A stretch of 27,461 nucleotides of DNA from Candidatus Woesearchaeota archaeon (GTDB lineage: Archaea > Nanobdellota > Nanobdellia > SCGC-AAA011-G17 > GW2011-AR17): positions 1-27,461 of the forward strand of contig CAYJSK010000001.1 of assembly GCA_964372745.1 (NCBI GenBank), in the 5' to 3' direction. The position numbers and the translations under genes are program-made. The notes beneath the pieces are model-generated. The model was not told the origin of the DNA, did no database searches, and was given only the letters and a program-made list of their open reading frames with translations. Below are positions 8,913 to 17,031 of this stretch, one piece after another (the first letter of the stretch is position 1; each line of letters starts with the position of its first letter).

Positions 8913-9461
8913 TTATGTTGCTGTTGCAGAAACAAAACGTATGATTAATGCAGCCATGCCCAAGAGGAAAAACATCCCTAGAACTTTTGGTGTGAAAATA
9001 ATTTGACCCACATTTTGTACAAGGTCGCCACTGCCATCAGTACTTTCTCCAGCAGTGATGTCATGTATTTGTTCTCCATATACTTGCGTAAAAGCATATC
9101 CAAAAATGCCAATACACACAACAAGAATCGCCCAGACCACCACTAGGTTAGGTTTATCACCCCCAAATACAGATGCAATAAAGTCTGCTTTGACACCCAT
9201 GAAGATAAAGATGAGGATCAAAAATAAAAGGAAAATAAGGAAAACAACAAACCAAGGCGTTGCTAAAGAAATGATTTGTGTTAGTTCTGGGACAAGAATA
9301 AATAAAATACCTATCGTAAATGCAATCACGAGATTTGCAGCTTTATTTCCAGGGAAGAATTGAACTTTTTCTAGAAGCGCCCAAAGAATAACTGTTACAA
9401 AAATGAATACGAAAAAGGGAAGGAAGTACTCAAGAATTCCTACGTCTAAAAAGGTCGCCAT
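8913..9461 (-). CDS. Multi-pass membrane protein, paralog 3 of tandem triplet
   Basis: DVGILEYFLPFFVF...LEKVQFF...KAANLVIA motif; about 5 hydrophobic helices; TAA-ATG abutment with paralog 2. Confidence 0.85.
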   Translation of the reverse strand: MATFLDVGILEYFLPFFVFIFVTVILWALLEKVQFFPGNKAANLVIAFTIGILFILVPELTQIISLATPWFVVFLIFLLFLILIFIFMGVKADFIASVFGGDKPNLVVVWAILVVCIGIFGYAFTQVYGEQIHDITAGESTDGSGDLVQNVGQIIFTPKVLGMFFLLGMAALIIRFVSATAT

Positions 9462-10031
9462 TTATTTTTTTCCTCCGATATCGTTTGGAAGATCTTTAAT
9501 AAATTTCCATAAAGAATTTTCTTTTTTATCATCAGAGTCTGAAGTAATGTACATAAAAAATGCGAAAAATATCAAAAGGCCAATAATGAAATTCCAATCT
9601 CCACTAGAGAAGTTTAACCATGAAGGGAGTTCTAAACCGAGAGCACCTGAAGAAGTTAAAAATGCGAAAATAATTGCCCCCATAGTGAGAAGAATACCTA
9701 TACCACCTAAAGCACCAGTAAAACTCGTATTTTCTTTGTTTAATAGAATCCCTAGGAGTAAGAGAGTAACTACGATAATAATAGATATGAGAGAAATCTT
9801 TGGTAAAAAAGTATTCATCACTTCAACAATGGATGCTGTTCTTACCACAAGAAAAGCCATAACTACTGCAATCACTGCATTGAAATTCTTTCCTTTCTCT
9901 CCAAAAATTTGAATTTTTTGAAGAATTGCAAAGGTAATGGTAAAAACTAATAAAAATGGGAGAGCAACTTCATAAAATCCTATATCTTCCAAACCAGACA
10001 TGAAATCTTGAAAACTGAAACTTGTTGCCAT
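9462..10031 (-). CDS. Multi-pass membrane protein, paralog 2 of tandem triplet
   Basis: DIGFYEVALPFLLVF...LQKIQIF...KNFNAVIA motif; TAATG 1-nt overlap with paralog 1. Confidence 0.85.
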   Translation of the reverse strand: MATSFSFQDFMSGLEDIGFYEVALPFLLVFTITFAILQKIQIFGEKGKNFNAVIAVVMAFLVVRTASIVEVMNTFLPKISLISIIIVVTLLLLGILLNKENTSFTGALGGIGILLTMGAIIFAFLTSSGALGLELPSWLNFSSGDWNFIIGLLIFFAFFMYITSDSDDKKENSLWKFIKDLPNDIGGKK

Positions 10032-10573
10032 TATGATTTTGTCTCCGTACCTGTGTTAAACACGAAACCCACTACTGCTGCAACGATACCCAGGAATACT
10101 GCAATAATGAATACATCCTGCCCACGACCAGTGAAATAGTCATAAATGGGTTCTAACCAACCAAAGGAATGGAAAAAGATTGCAACAATGGATATAACAA
10201 AAATTATTGCAAGAGGAGTTTTCCAACCACCAAACATTTCCATGAAATTAAATTCTTCTTTACTTGAGGAGAATGCACCTATGAGCATGAGGAAAGAAAC
10301 TATTGCTGTCAATACCAAGGCAACAATGGGAAGAGATTCTTGAAATGAAGTAATAATTTCTTTTGCAGCGAGAACGAAGAATGCTATGACAAATGCAACC
10401 ATGGCATTAATATTTTTTTTGGGAAGTTGTTTTTCTCCTTCTGTACCAAATATTTTTGTCTTTTCCAGAATACCAAAAACGATTGTAAACACCAATAAAA
10501 AGGGTAAAATGACATCGAAGAAGCCAAAATCTTGAAGCAACTCAACTGCATCACCCAAAACAGTTTCCACCAT
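10031..10573 (-). CDS. Multi-pass membrane protein, paralog 1 of tandem triplet
   Basis: DFGFFDVILPFLLVF...LEKTKIF...KNINAMVA motif; TTTATAAA box about 26-34 nt upstream. Confidence 0.85.
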   Translation of the reverse strand: MVETVLGDAVELLQDFGFFDVILPFLLVFTIVFGILEKTKIFGTEGEKQLPKKNINAMVAFVIAFFVLAAKEIITSFQESLPIVALVLTAIVSFLMLIGAFSSSKEEFNFMEMFGGWKTPLAIIFVISIVAIFFHSFGWLEPIYDYFTGRGQDVFIIAVFLGIVAAVVGFVFNTGTETKS

Positions 10574-10627
10574 ATTGTTGTTAGCATAGCATATTGAGAT
10601 TTATAAATGTATCGTTAGAAATTGTAG

Positions 10628-10651
10628 AAAAAAATATTTAAAAGAAAAAAA
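10628..10651 (-). terminator. Probable oligo(T) terminator of the PRC-barrel gene
   Basis: Two T7 tracts on minus (10628-10634, 10645-10651) just after the TAG TAA double stop. Confidence 0.4.
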
Positions 10652-10657
10652 TACTTA

Positions 10658-10927
10658 CTAGTCCATAGATTCCTCATAATTTGGAACAGCATTTCGAGAA
10701 ATAATCATTACATCACCAACGGCTTTTACCAATTGATGAGGAACCACTACACCTCTTGCTCCACCTAAGATTTTAGATAAGTGGGAATTTTTGGTAGCTT
10801 TGATTCTCCACCCAGCAACTTTATTGCTTGTGAGAACAGCTTCTTCGACATCTCCGAAATAATCACCTGCATCGGTGAATACTTGCATATTATAAATTTC
10901 AGTTACATTTCTTGTTTTTAAGGACAT
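10658..10927 (-). CDS. Stand-alone PRC-barrel domain protein (CdpB-like candidate)
   Basis: IYNMQVFTDAGDYFGDVEE ... VVVPHQLVKAVGDVMII is the archaeal PRC-barrel pattern; GGAGG SD upstream. Confidence 0.85.
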   Translation of the reverse strand: MSLKTRNVTEIYNMQVFTDAGDYFGDVEEAVLTSNKVAGWRIKATKNSHLSKILGGARGVVVPHQLVKAVGDVMIISRNAVPNYEESMD

Positions 10928-10988
10928 TCTGCTTGCCTCCCTAGAAGACAGATAATCTTTTAAGTGTTTAAATACTTTTCTTTACTCT

Positions 10989-11687
10989 ATGATAGAATAT
11001 AAAAATCTTATATTGGTTGGGACATCTCATATCTCTCCGGAAAGTGTCGCTTTAGTGAAGAAAACGATACAGGACAGAAAACCAGGCTTTGTAGGTGTAG
11101 AATTGGATAAGGGAAGGTTACAAGGTTTACTCCAGCCAGAGAACAGAAAGAGAAAAAGAATGAGTTTTCAAGAATTTAAGAAATTGGGGGCTTCTGGTTT
11201 TGTTTTTGCTCTCTTTGGTGCATGGATTGAAGAAAAGCTAGGAAAAATGGTGGGGACGAAACCTGGAGCAGAAATGAAAGCAGGTATTCATGAAGCTGCA
11301 AAGATTGAAGCAAAAATTCTTCTTTTGGATCAAGAGATAAGCATTACCATCAAAAGGTTGTTTAAAGTACTCACTTATAAGGAGAAATTTCGTTTTGCTG
11401 GTGATATTGTTAAGGGCTTATTAGGGTTTGGTGAGAAAGTTAGTTTTGATCTACGAAGTGTTCCTCAAGAAGAACTTATTGACAAACTGGTTGAACAAGT
11501 GCGAGGACGATATCCTAGCGTGTATAAAGTGCTCATTGAAGAACGAAATGTGTTTATGGCAAAAAGAATACAGCATGCAATGCACAAATATCCTGATACT
11601 TGTATTGTTGCAATTGTAGGTGCTGGACATCAGAAGGGTATTTATGAGATTCTTACAAACGTTTCTTCGCCTTCTTCTTCGTCTTAG
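10989..11687 (+). CDS. TraB/GumN (Tiki/TraB superfamily) protein
   Basis: LVGTSHIS, VGVELDKGR, PGAEM, LLDQEISIT, LIEERN, IVGAGH. Confidence 0.88.
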   Translation: MIEYKNLILVGTSHISPESVALVKKTIQDRKPGFVGVELDKGRLQGLLQPENRKRKRMSFQEFKKLGASGFVFALFGAWIEEKLGKMVGTKPGAEMKAGIHEAAKIEAKILLLDQEISITIKRLFKVLTYKEKFRFAGDIVKGLLGFGEKVSFDLRSVPQEELIDKLVEQVRGRYPSVYKVLIEERNVFMAKRIQHAMHKYPDTCIVAIVGAGHQKGIYEILTNVSSPSSSS

Positions 11688-12246
11688 CTTTTTTTGTTAC
11701 TCTTTTTTTCTTTGTTTTCCTCTTTACTTTTGAAGATACTTTTTGTATTGACAAGATTTTTTCTTTGGGCTTTCTATAGAAAAGAGCTAAAATAATACAT
11801 ACTAAGACCAGGCATAAACCAATAATCCAATACACTAAGTTAGAAGACTGTTCATCAGAGGGAGCTAATTGCCGAGATTTTTGGTCTCGAAATGGGACCC
11901 TTTTTCCAAAATCCATTTTTTCTCCGTCTACTTCAATCACACCAGATACTGTAATAGATTTTACTCGATCAGTGGTATAATCTTCAAAAATAGGACTAAT
12001 ATCCACTATTATGAGCACTTTATCTCCTTCTGTTTGTAACTTTACATCTGCAGTATACGTATCAGAAATTGTTTCACTCTCTACTGTTGCTTTCACTTCT
12101 GTTACTTTTATATCTAAGCTTTGTAAACCTGTAACTTCAAGGATAACTTCAGATTTAGAGAAGGAATTTACTCCTACTTCATAGGCTGCTACAGAGAATA
12201 TTTGCAATGTTATAAGAAAAATTATAAATAGTGCTAACCTCTTCAT
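11653..12246 (-). CDS. Exported protein with signal peptide, C-terminal TM anchor and Lys-rich tail
   Basis: MKRLALFIIFLITLQIFSVAA signal; LVYWIIGLCLVLVCIILALFY TM; KVKRKTKKKRVTKKAKTKKKAKKRL tail. Confidence 0.8.
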   Translation of the reverse strand: MKRLALFIIFLITLQIFSVAAYEVGVNSFSKSEVILEVTGLQSLDIKVTEVKATVESETISDTYTADVKLQTEGDKVLIIVDISPIFEDYTTDRVKSITVSGVIEVDGEKMDFGKRVPFRDQKSRQLAPSDEQSSNLVYWIIGLCLVLVCIILALFYRKPKEKILSIQKVSSKVKRKTKKKRVTKKAKTKKKAKKRL

Positions 12247-12355
12247 TCTCTCATAGCAGAGTGTTTTGCTTTATAAGCTTTTTTAAAGTTATTTTCTCTT
12301 ATGAACATTCCATCCTCACAAAGATTTTAAATACTTTGAATAATTTAGTAAAAAG

Positions 12356-13150
12356 ATGTTTACGAAAAGAGAACTCTTTGCATTATTAGTTACTATTCTT
12401 GTCCTTAGTCTTGCTATTGGTTTTGACGATGGAAGTGAAACGTTTACATGGGGGTATTGGCTGGGAAACCTCTTTATTGTATTTCTGATGGTTGTCATTT
12501 CCTTTACTGCACAACAAATAGCACATAAAGTTGTTGCTCGAATGAATGGTTTTGATACAGAATATGTTCCATGGGGCATACAAAGTTTTCGTTTTACTCC
12601 TATGAGCCTTATGGGAAGAACAAAAAATAAAGCATTTCCACGGACTATTTCTTTTTTTGGGAAAGAATATCTCATGCACTCTTTCCCCTTGGGGCTTGTT
12701 CTTTGTCTCTTTGTGACATTGATTAGTAATGGACAACTTTTTTTCTTAGCAGTAGGGCAATATAATTTGCTTTTGAAAAAATCTTCACGCTTCGGAAGAA
12801 AGTTTCTAGAAGTGACGAACTATGAAGAAGCGAAAATTGCACTCGCTGGCCCTATGGCAAACATTATCTTAATGATCATTGGAAAACTTCTTAATGCTTA
12901 TGGAAGTTTTGATACTTTTATTCTCTTGAATGCTATGCTTGCATTATTTCACATGGTTCCTTTTTCTACACTCGCTGGAACGAAAATTTATTTTGGATCA
13001 CGATTGCTCTATGTTTCAAGCTTAGTTTTTATGATCTCTATGGTAGTCCTTGCCTATACTGTGAGTACTATCCCTATGCTTTTGATTAGTCTTGTTAGTC
13101 TTTTTATTGGTGGTACATTGTATTACTATTATAATTATTTCAAAAACTAA
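12356..13150 (+). CDS. M50/site-2 protease homolog with degenerate active site
   Basis: QQIAHKVVA in place of HExxHKxxA; IALAGPMAN retained; FHMVPFSTLAG in place of FNxxPxxPLDG. Confidence 0.75.
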   Translation: MFTKRELFALLVTILVLSLAIGFDDGSETFTWGYWLGNLFIVFLMVVISFTAQQIAHKVVARMNGFDTEYVPWGIQSFRFTPMSLMGRTKNKAFPRTISFFGKEYLMHSFPLGLVLCLFVTLISNGQLFFLAVGQYNLLLKKSSRFGRKFLEVTNYEEAKIALAGPMANIILMIIGKLLNAYGSFDTFILLNAMLALFHMVPFSTLAGTKIYFGSRLLYVSSLVFMISMVVLAYTVSTIPMLLISLVSLFIGGTLYYYYNYFKN

Positions 13151-13413
13151 AAGAAACTAAATATTCCCTTTTGTATAAGCCATAATGCAGCAAGAGCGCT
13201 CAAGGCTGTATGTGCAAAGCCCATAAGTGCAAAAACAAAGACTCCGGCAACACAAAGATCAAGAATACTTGCAATGCTGTTTAAGAAAGGGAGAGATTTT
13301 ATGATTAAATAGATGGCAAAAAAGCCTATAAGCATGGGCCCCCAGCTGAAATTTAAAGTGAAAATACTTAGACCTGCAAGAATATCTAATATACCTAATA
13401 CTATAACAATCAT
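13147..13413 (-). CDS. 88-aa membrane protein (start reassigned from 13647)
   Basis: The hydrophobic region begins at MIVIVLGILD; the extended ORF overlaps Hef antisense; ATTAATAAA box about 25-30 nt upstream of 13413. Confidence 0.72.
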   Translation of the reverse strand: MIVIVLGILDILAGLSIFTLNFSWGPMLIGFFAIYLIIKSLPFLNSIASILDLCVAGVFVFALMGFAHTALSALAALWLIQKGIFSFF

Positions 13414-13454
13414 ATGCTTAGTCAAAAAAAGACCCTTTATTAATCTTATGCCCG

Positions 13455-13488
13455 TGGACAAATGGCAAGTGTGCGCGCAGGATTTATA
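13455..13488 (+). repeat. 34-bp GC-rich intergenic element, copy A, ending in a TATA-like box
   Basis: TGGACAAATGGCAAGTGTGCGCGCAGGATTTATA; 29/34 identical to 27281-27314; TTTATA lies 24 nt before the Hef ATG. Confidence 0.85.
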
Positions 13489-13512
13489 AGGCCTTGAAAA
13501 ATATTTTTTAAC

Positions 13513-15711
13513 ATGTACCAGATAAAAGAGTTCACTCCACGCTTGTATCAGCAAACTATTCTCAACACAGCTGTACGAGCAAATACACTGATTTGTTTGC
13601 CTACTGGAAGAGGAAAAACAAAAACAGCATTGATGGTTGCAGTTCATAGGCTCAATAATTTCCCTAACTCTAAAATTATCTTTCTTACTCCTACAAAACC
13701 ACTTGCGGCACAGATTGCACAGGAGTTTCGGGACTGTTCAAATATTCCTTGTATACACGCTTTTACAGGCGAAATGAAACCAGAAGAGAGAGAAAGATTG
13801 TTTAAAGAAGCACAGGTTGTGGTGAGTACTCCTCAAGGAATGAGTAATGATATTATTAATCGAAAAATTGATTTGAAGCAAGTTTCAGCAATTATTTTTG
13901 ATGAAGCCCAGCATGCCGTTCAAAACTATGATTATGTGTGGATTGCAAAACAATATCACAAAGTTTCTCCTTATCCCAGAATCCTTGGTCTCAGCGCATC
14001 TCCAGGATCAGATTTAGAAAAAATTACAGAAGTATGTCAAAATCTTTTTATAGAGGACATTGAAGTGCGTTCCGATGATGATCCTGATCTTAAACCTTAT
14101 GTACAAGAAACAGTGGTGGAGTATGTTCTTCTGGAATTACCTCCAGCATTCAAAGAAGCAAAAGAGTATTTACACATATGTTCTAAGAAAAAGCTTAAAC
14201 TACTCAAAGAACTCGGAGCAATGGATTCTGTTATGCAAGCAAGCAAGACTCAGTTGCTTGGTATGCAAAAAGATATGCAAAAGAGACTTGCACAGGGGGA
14301 AAGAGATCCTGAAGTCTGGCAATCGCTTTCTCTTCTCGCAGAAGCAATGAAGATACAATTTGCACAAGAACTGTTTGAAACGCAAGGAGTCAGTGCTGCA
14401 TATGAATATATGCAAAGGCTCTATCAAGAAGCAGAAGTGACCAAGGTCAAAGCTACAAAAAACTTGGTTATTGACCCAGACTTTAAGACTGCATACTATA
14501 AAATTACACAGCTCTTTGAGAAAAAAGTAGAACATCCGAAATTTAACAAGCTTCTCTCCATCGTTGAAGAAGAAAGTAAAAAGTGTAAAAAAATTCTGAT
14601 TTTTAATAACTTTCGAGACTCTGCAATGAAATTAAAGAATAACATCAACCTCATATCAGGGGTTAAATGCGAACTTTTTGTGGGGCAAGCGAAGAAAAAA
14701 GGAATTGGCATGACACAAAAAGCACAAATACAGATGTTGGAGGACTTCAAAGCAGAAAAATTTAATGTAATTATTGGGACTTCTGTCGGTGAAGAGGGAA
14801 TAGATATTCCAGCTGTAGATCTCATTATTTTTTATGAGCCAGTACCATCTGCAATTCGCACTGTACAAAGAAGAGGAAGAACAGGAAGGATGGAAAAAGG
14901 AAGAGTTATTGTTCTTGTGACAAAAGGTACACGAGATGAAGCATATCGATGGACTGCACACCACAAAGAAAACAGAATGCATCGTGTTTTGAAAGATTTA
15001 AAAAACAAGTTTAGCCTCCAAAAAGCACCTGAACAACAATCGTTACAAGAATTCTCAACAGCTTTGAAAATCTATGCTGATGCACGAGAAAAAGGCTCTG
15101 GTGTTATCAAATATCTGGTTGACCAAGGAGTAGATGTTCATATGCAAAACCTGGATGTTGGAGATTTCTTGGTTTCTGAGAAAGTAGGAATTGAAAGAAA
15201 AGAAATTAAAGATTTTGTGGATTCACTCCTAGATAAAAGGCTCCTTTCACAAGTGAAGGCATTGAAAGAGACTTTTGAAAAGCCTCTGCTTATTATTGAA
15301 GGGACGGATGATCTCTATTCTGTTCGAAAGGTACATCCTAATGCTATTCGAGGAATGCTTGCGTGGATAGCTATCGACATGAAAGTACCTATTATTTATA
15401 GCAAAGATTTTCGCGATACCGCAGAACTGCTTATTACAATAGCACGAAGGGAACAAGAAGAAAGAACTGGAGAGTTCAGTATTCGAGGAGAAAAGAAACC
15501 TCTGAGTACCAGAGAGCTTCAGGAGTTTATAGTTGCCGGTCTGCCAGGAGTGGGAACACAGCTTGCACAAAGTCTTCTAAAGGAGTTTGGAAGTGTGAAA
15601 AATGTTATTAACGCTTCAGAAGAAGAGCTGAAAGATGTAGAAAATATAGGCAAGAAAAAAGCTATAGAGATACGAAAAGTTCTTGATGAAGATTACAAAG
15701 AAAAAAATTAA
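13513..15711 (+). CDS. hef: Hef (FANCM-like SF2 helicase plus ERCC4/XPF nuclease plus HhH)
   Basis: LPTGRGKT, FDEAQH, LSASP, TSVGEEGIDIP, QRRGRTGR; GDFLVSEKVGIERKEIKD nuclease motif; LPGVG and IGKKKA HhH. Confidence 0.93.
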   Translation: MYQIKEFTPRLYQQTILNTAVRANTLICLPTGRGKTKTALMVAVHRLNNFPNSKIIFLTPTKPLAAQIAQEFRDCSNIPCIHAFTGEMKPEERERLFKEAQVVVSTPQGMSNDIINRKIDLKQVSAIIFDEAQHAVQNYDYVWIAKQYHKVSPYPRILGLSASPGSDLEKITEVCQNLFIEDIEVRSDDDPDLKPYVQETVVEYVLLELPPAFKEAKEYLHICSKKKLKLLKELGAMDSVMQASKTQLLGMQKDMQKRLAQGERDPEVWQSLSLLAEAMKIQFAQELFETQGVSAAYEYMQRLYQEAEVTKVKATKNLVIDPDFKTAYYKITQLFEKKVEHPKFNKLLSIVEEESKKCKKILIFNNFRDSAMKLKNNINLISGVKCELFVGQAKKKGIGMTQKAQIQMLEDFKAEKFNVIIGTSVGEEGIDIPAVDLIIFYEPVPSAIRTVQRRGRTGRMEKGRVIVLVTKGTRDEAYRWTAHHKENRMHRVLKDLKNKFSLQKAPEQQSLQEFSTALKIYADAREKGSGVIKYLVDQGVDVHMQNLDVGDFLVSEKVGIERKEIKDFVDSLLDKRLLSQVKALKETFEKPLLIIEGTDDLYSVRKVHPNAIRGMLAWIAIDMKVPIIYSKDFRDTAELLITIARREQEERTGEFSIRGEKKPLSTRELQEFIVAGLPGVGTQLAQSLLKEFGSVKNVINASEEELKDVENIGKKKAIEIRKVLDEDYKEKN

Positions 15712-16328
15712 CAAGCAATGTAAATGCTTACTGTTTGATCTGCTTCTGAGCCATCTGTCATGGTGATGCTTTCTCCATTAATATCCATGGTTTCACCAAC
15801 AGAGATGAGCTCTTTCTTACCCCCTACAGAGATTTGTGCTGCAAAGTCTCCTGCAAGTTTTAAGATCACTTCTCTTCCATTATGGTCATAGCTCTCATCT
15901 AAAGCAAGAGTAATTTCATTTTCTGAACCACAAGGATCAGATTCTTCTACAACTTCTTCTACTATTTCTACTACTGGTTCTTCAACAACTACTTCTTCAG
16001 TTATATTTGTTACTAGTTCTGTAGTATTTTCTACAGGAGTTTCAACAACAGGGACTGCAAGTTCTTCCGTCACCACCTCTTTTTCCCCAGAAAGATCTAG
16101 CACAACATTCCCTGTTATTGCTCCTGTAAAAAATAATAGACCTAAGATAAGAATTCCTCCTGTGATAAAACCAAGGAAGGACATTAAGAATAAATCTTTT
16201 TTTGAAATAGAATCATGAGAAACTTTTGCTTGAGCATTTTTAGGTTGAGGTTCTGTTGCTGCAGACCGAAAAGGACGAAATGAATCTGAACTCTCTTTTG
16301 AAGCACTCCCCACATCTTTTTGTTTCAT
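15708..16328 (-). CDS. Membrane-anchored hypothetical protein with Glu/Val-rich stalk and C-terminal beta domain
   Basis: TM at about aa 46-70 followed by ITGNVV; EEVVVEEPVVEIVEEVVEE linker; two Cys in the distal domain. Confidence 0.7.
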   Translation of the reverse strand: MKQKDVGSASKESSDSFRPFRSAATEPQPKNAQAKVSHDSISKKDLFLMSFLGFITGGILILGLLFFTGAITGNVVLDLSGEKEVVTEELAVPVVETPVENTTELVTNITEEVVVEEPVVEIVEEVVEESDPCGSENEITLALDESYDHNGREVILKLAGDFAAQISVGGKKELISVGETMDINGESITMTDGSEADQTVSIYIAC

Positions 16329-16365
16329 TAAAATTTTAACAAGCTGAATTCCTATTTAAACTTTT

Positions 16366-16485
16366 TTATTCTCTATCCATCATAATGACTACTGTTCCTT
16401 GATATCCACAACTTTTGCAAAAATATATCCCAGTGAATGGATCTCTATCGATAAAACTCTGTTTACATTTAGGACAAAATAACAT
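16366..16485 (-). CDS. 39-aa zinc-ribbon microprotein (not in ORF track)
   Basis: MLFCPKCKQSFIDRDPFTGIYFCKSCGYQGTVVIMMDRE; CPKC and CKSCG knuckles; start overlaps the thpR 3' end by 17 nt. Confidence 0.8.
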   Translation of the reverse strand: MLFCPKCKQSFIDRDPFTGIYFCKSCGYQGTVVIMMDRE

Positions 16486-16999
16486 TTTCAATGGTTTCAT
16501 AGTGTGGACCGTTCTTTGTTAATTCTGATTTCATTAATTGGTAAGAAGAAATGACAAATGACTTTTTTTCAAGGTTTAAAGATTTGATGGAATTGTTGAA
16601 GTCTTCTTTCCTCCGAATAGATTTAATTCTTCCCAAAGTGAGATGCGCTTGGAACTTTTGTTCACCCGGAAAAGAGGAGAGAAGTTGTGCATCAATCTTT
16701 TGTTGGAGAGAAATTACAGATTCTTCAGGGTTTACTGCTAGCCAGATTACCGTTGGATCTTTTGCATTTGGAAAAAATCCTATATCCCCTAAAGTGAGTT
16801 TTAGTGGGGCGTGATGTACTTTCATTTGTTCTTTTATCTTAGGAAGATCTTTCTCTTGTACTTCCCCAAGAAACTTTAAAGTGAGATGCAGATTCTTTTT
16901 GGATACCCAAGTAATCTTTGCTTCTTTTACTTTTAATTCTAGTTCAAAGAGGTAATCTTTGATTTCTTTGGGGAGATCTGCTGCTAGGAAGAGACGCAT
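16469..16999 (-). CDS. thpR: RNA 2',3'-cyclic phosphodiesterase (2H, LigT/ThpR)
   Basis: MRLFLAADLP start; two HxT motifs (NLHLTLKFLG, AHLTLGR). Confidence 0.93.
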   Translation of the reverse strand: MRLFLAADLPKEIKDYLFELELKVKEAKITWVSKKNLHLTLKFLGEVQEKDLPKIKEQMKVHHAPLKLTLGDIGFFPNAKDPTVIWLAVNPEESVISLQQKIDAQLLSSFPGEQKFQAHLTLGRIKSIRRKEDFNNSIKSLNLEKKSFVISSYQLMKSELTKNGPHYETIENVILS

Positions 17000-17031
17000 G
17001 ATTAGAAAGAAGTCTTTCCTCTATATAAAAA

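Noticed and set aside
7778-10587. ORFs 7778-8209, 8383-8565, 8475-8702, 8738-8935, 9055-9363, 9403-9912, 10146-10343, 10384-10587
   Set aside because: Antisense or alternate-frame overlaps of better-supported genes
13414-13647. N-terminal extension of the 166-aa ORF
   Set aside because: Cys/Ser-rich antisense of Hef and spans its promoter; start at 13413 preferred. The same logic applies to extensions 20232-20345, 22336-22560 and 24720-24836.
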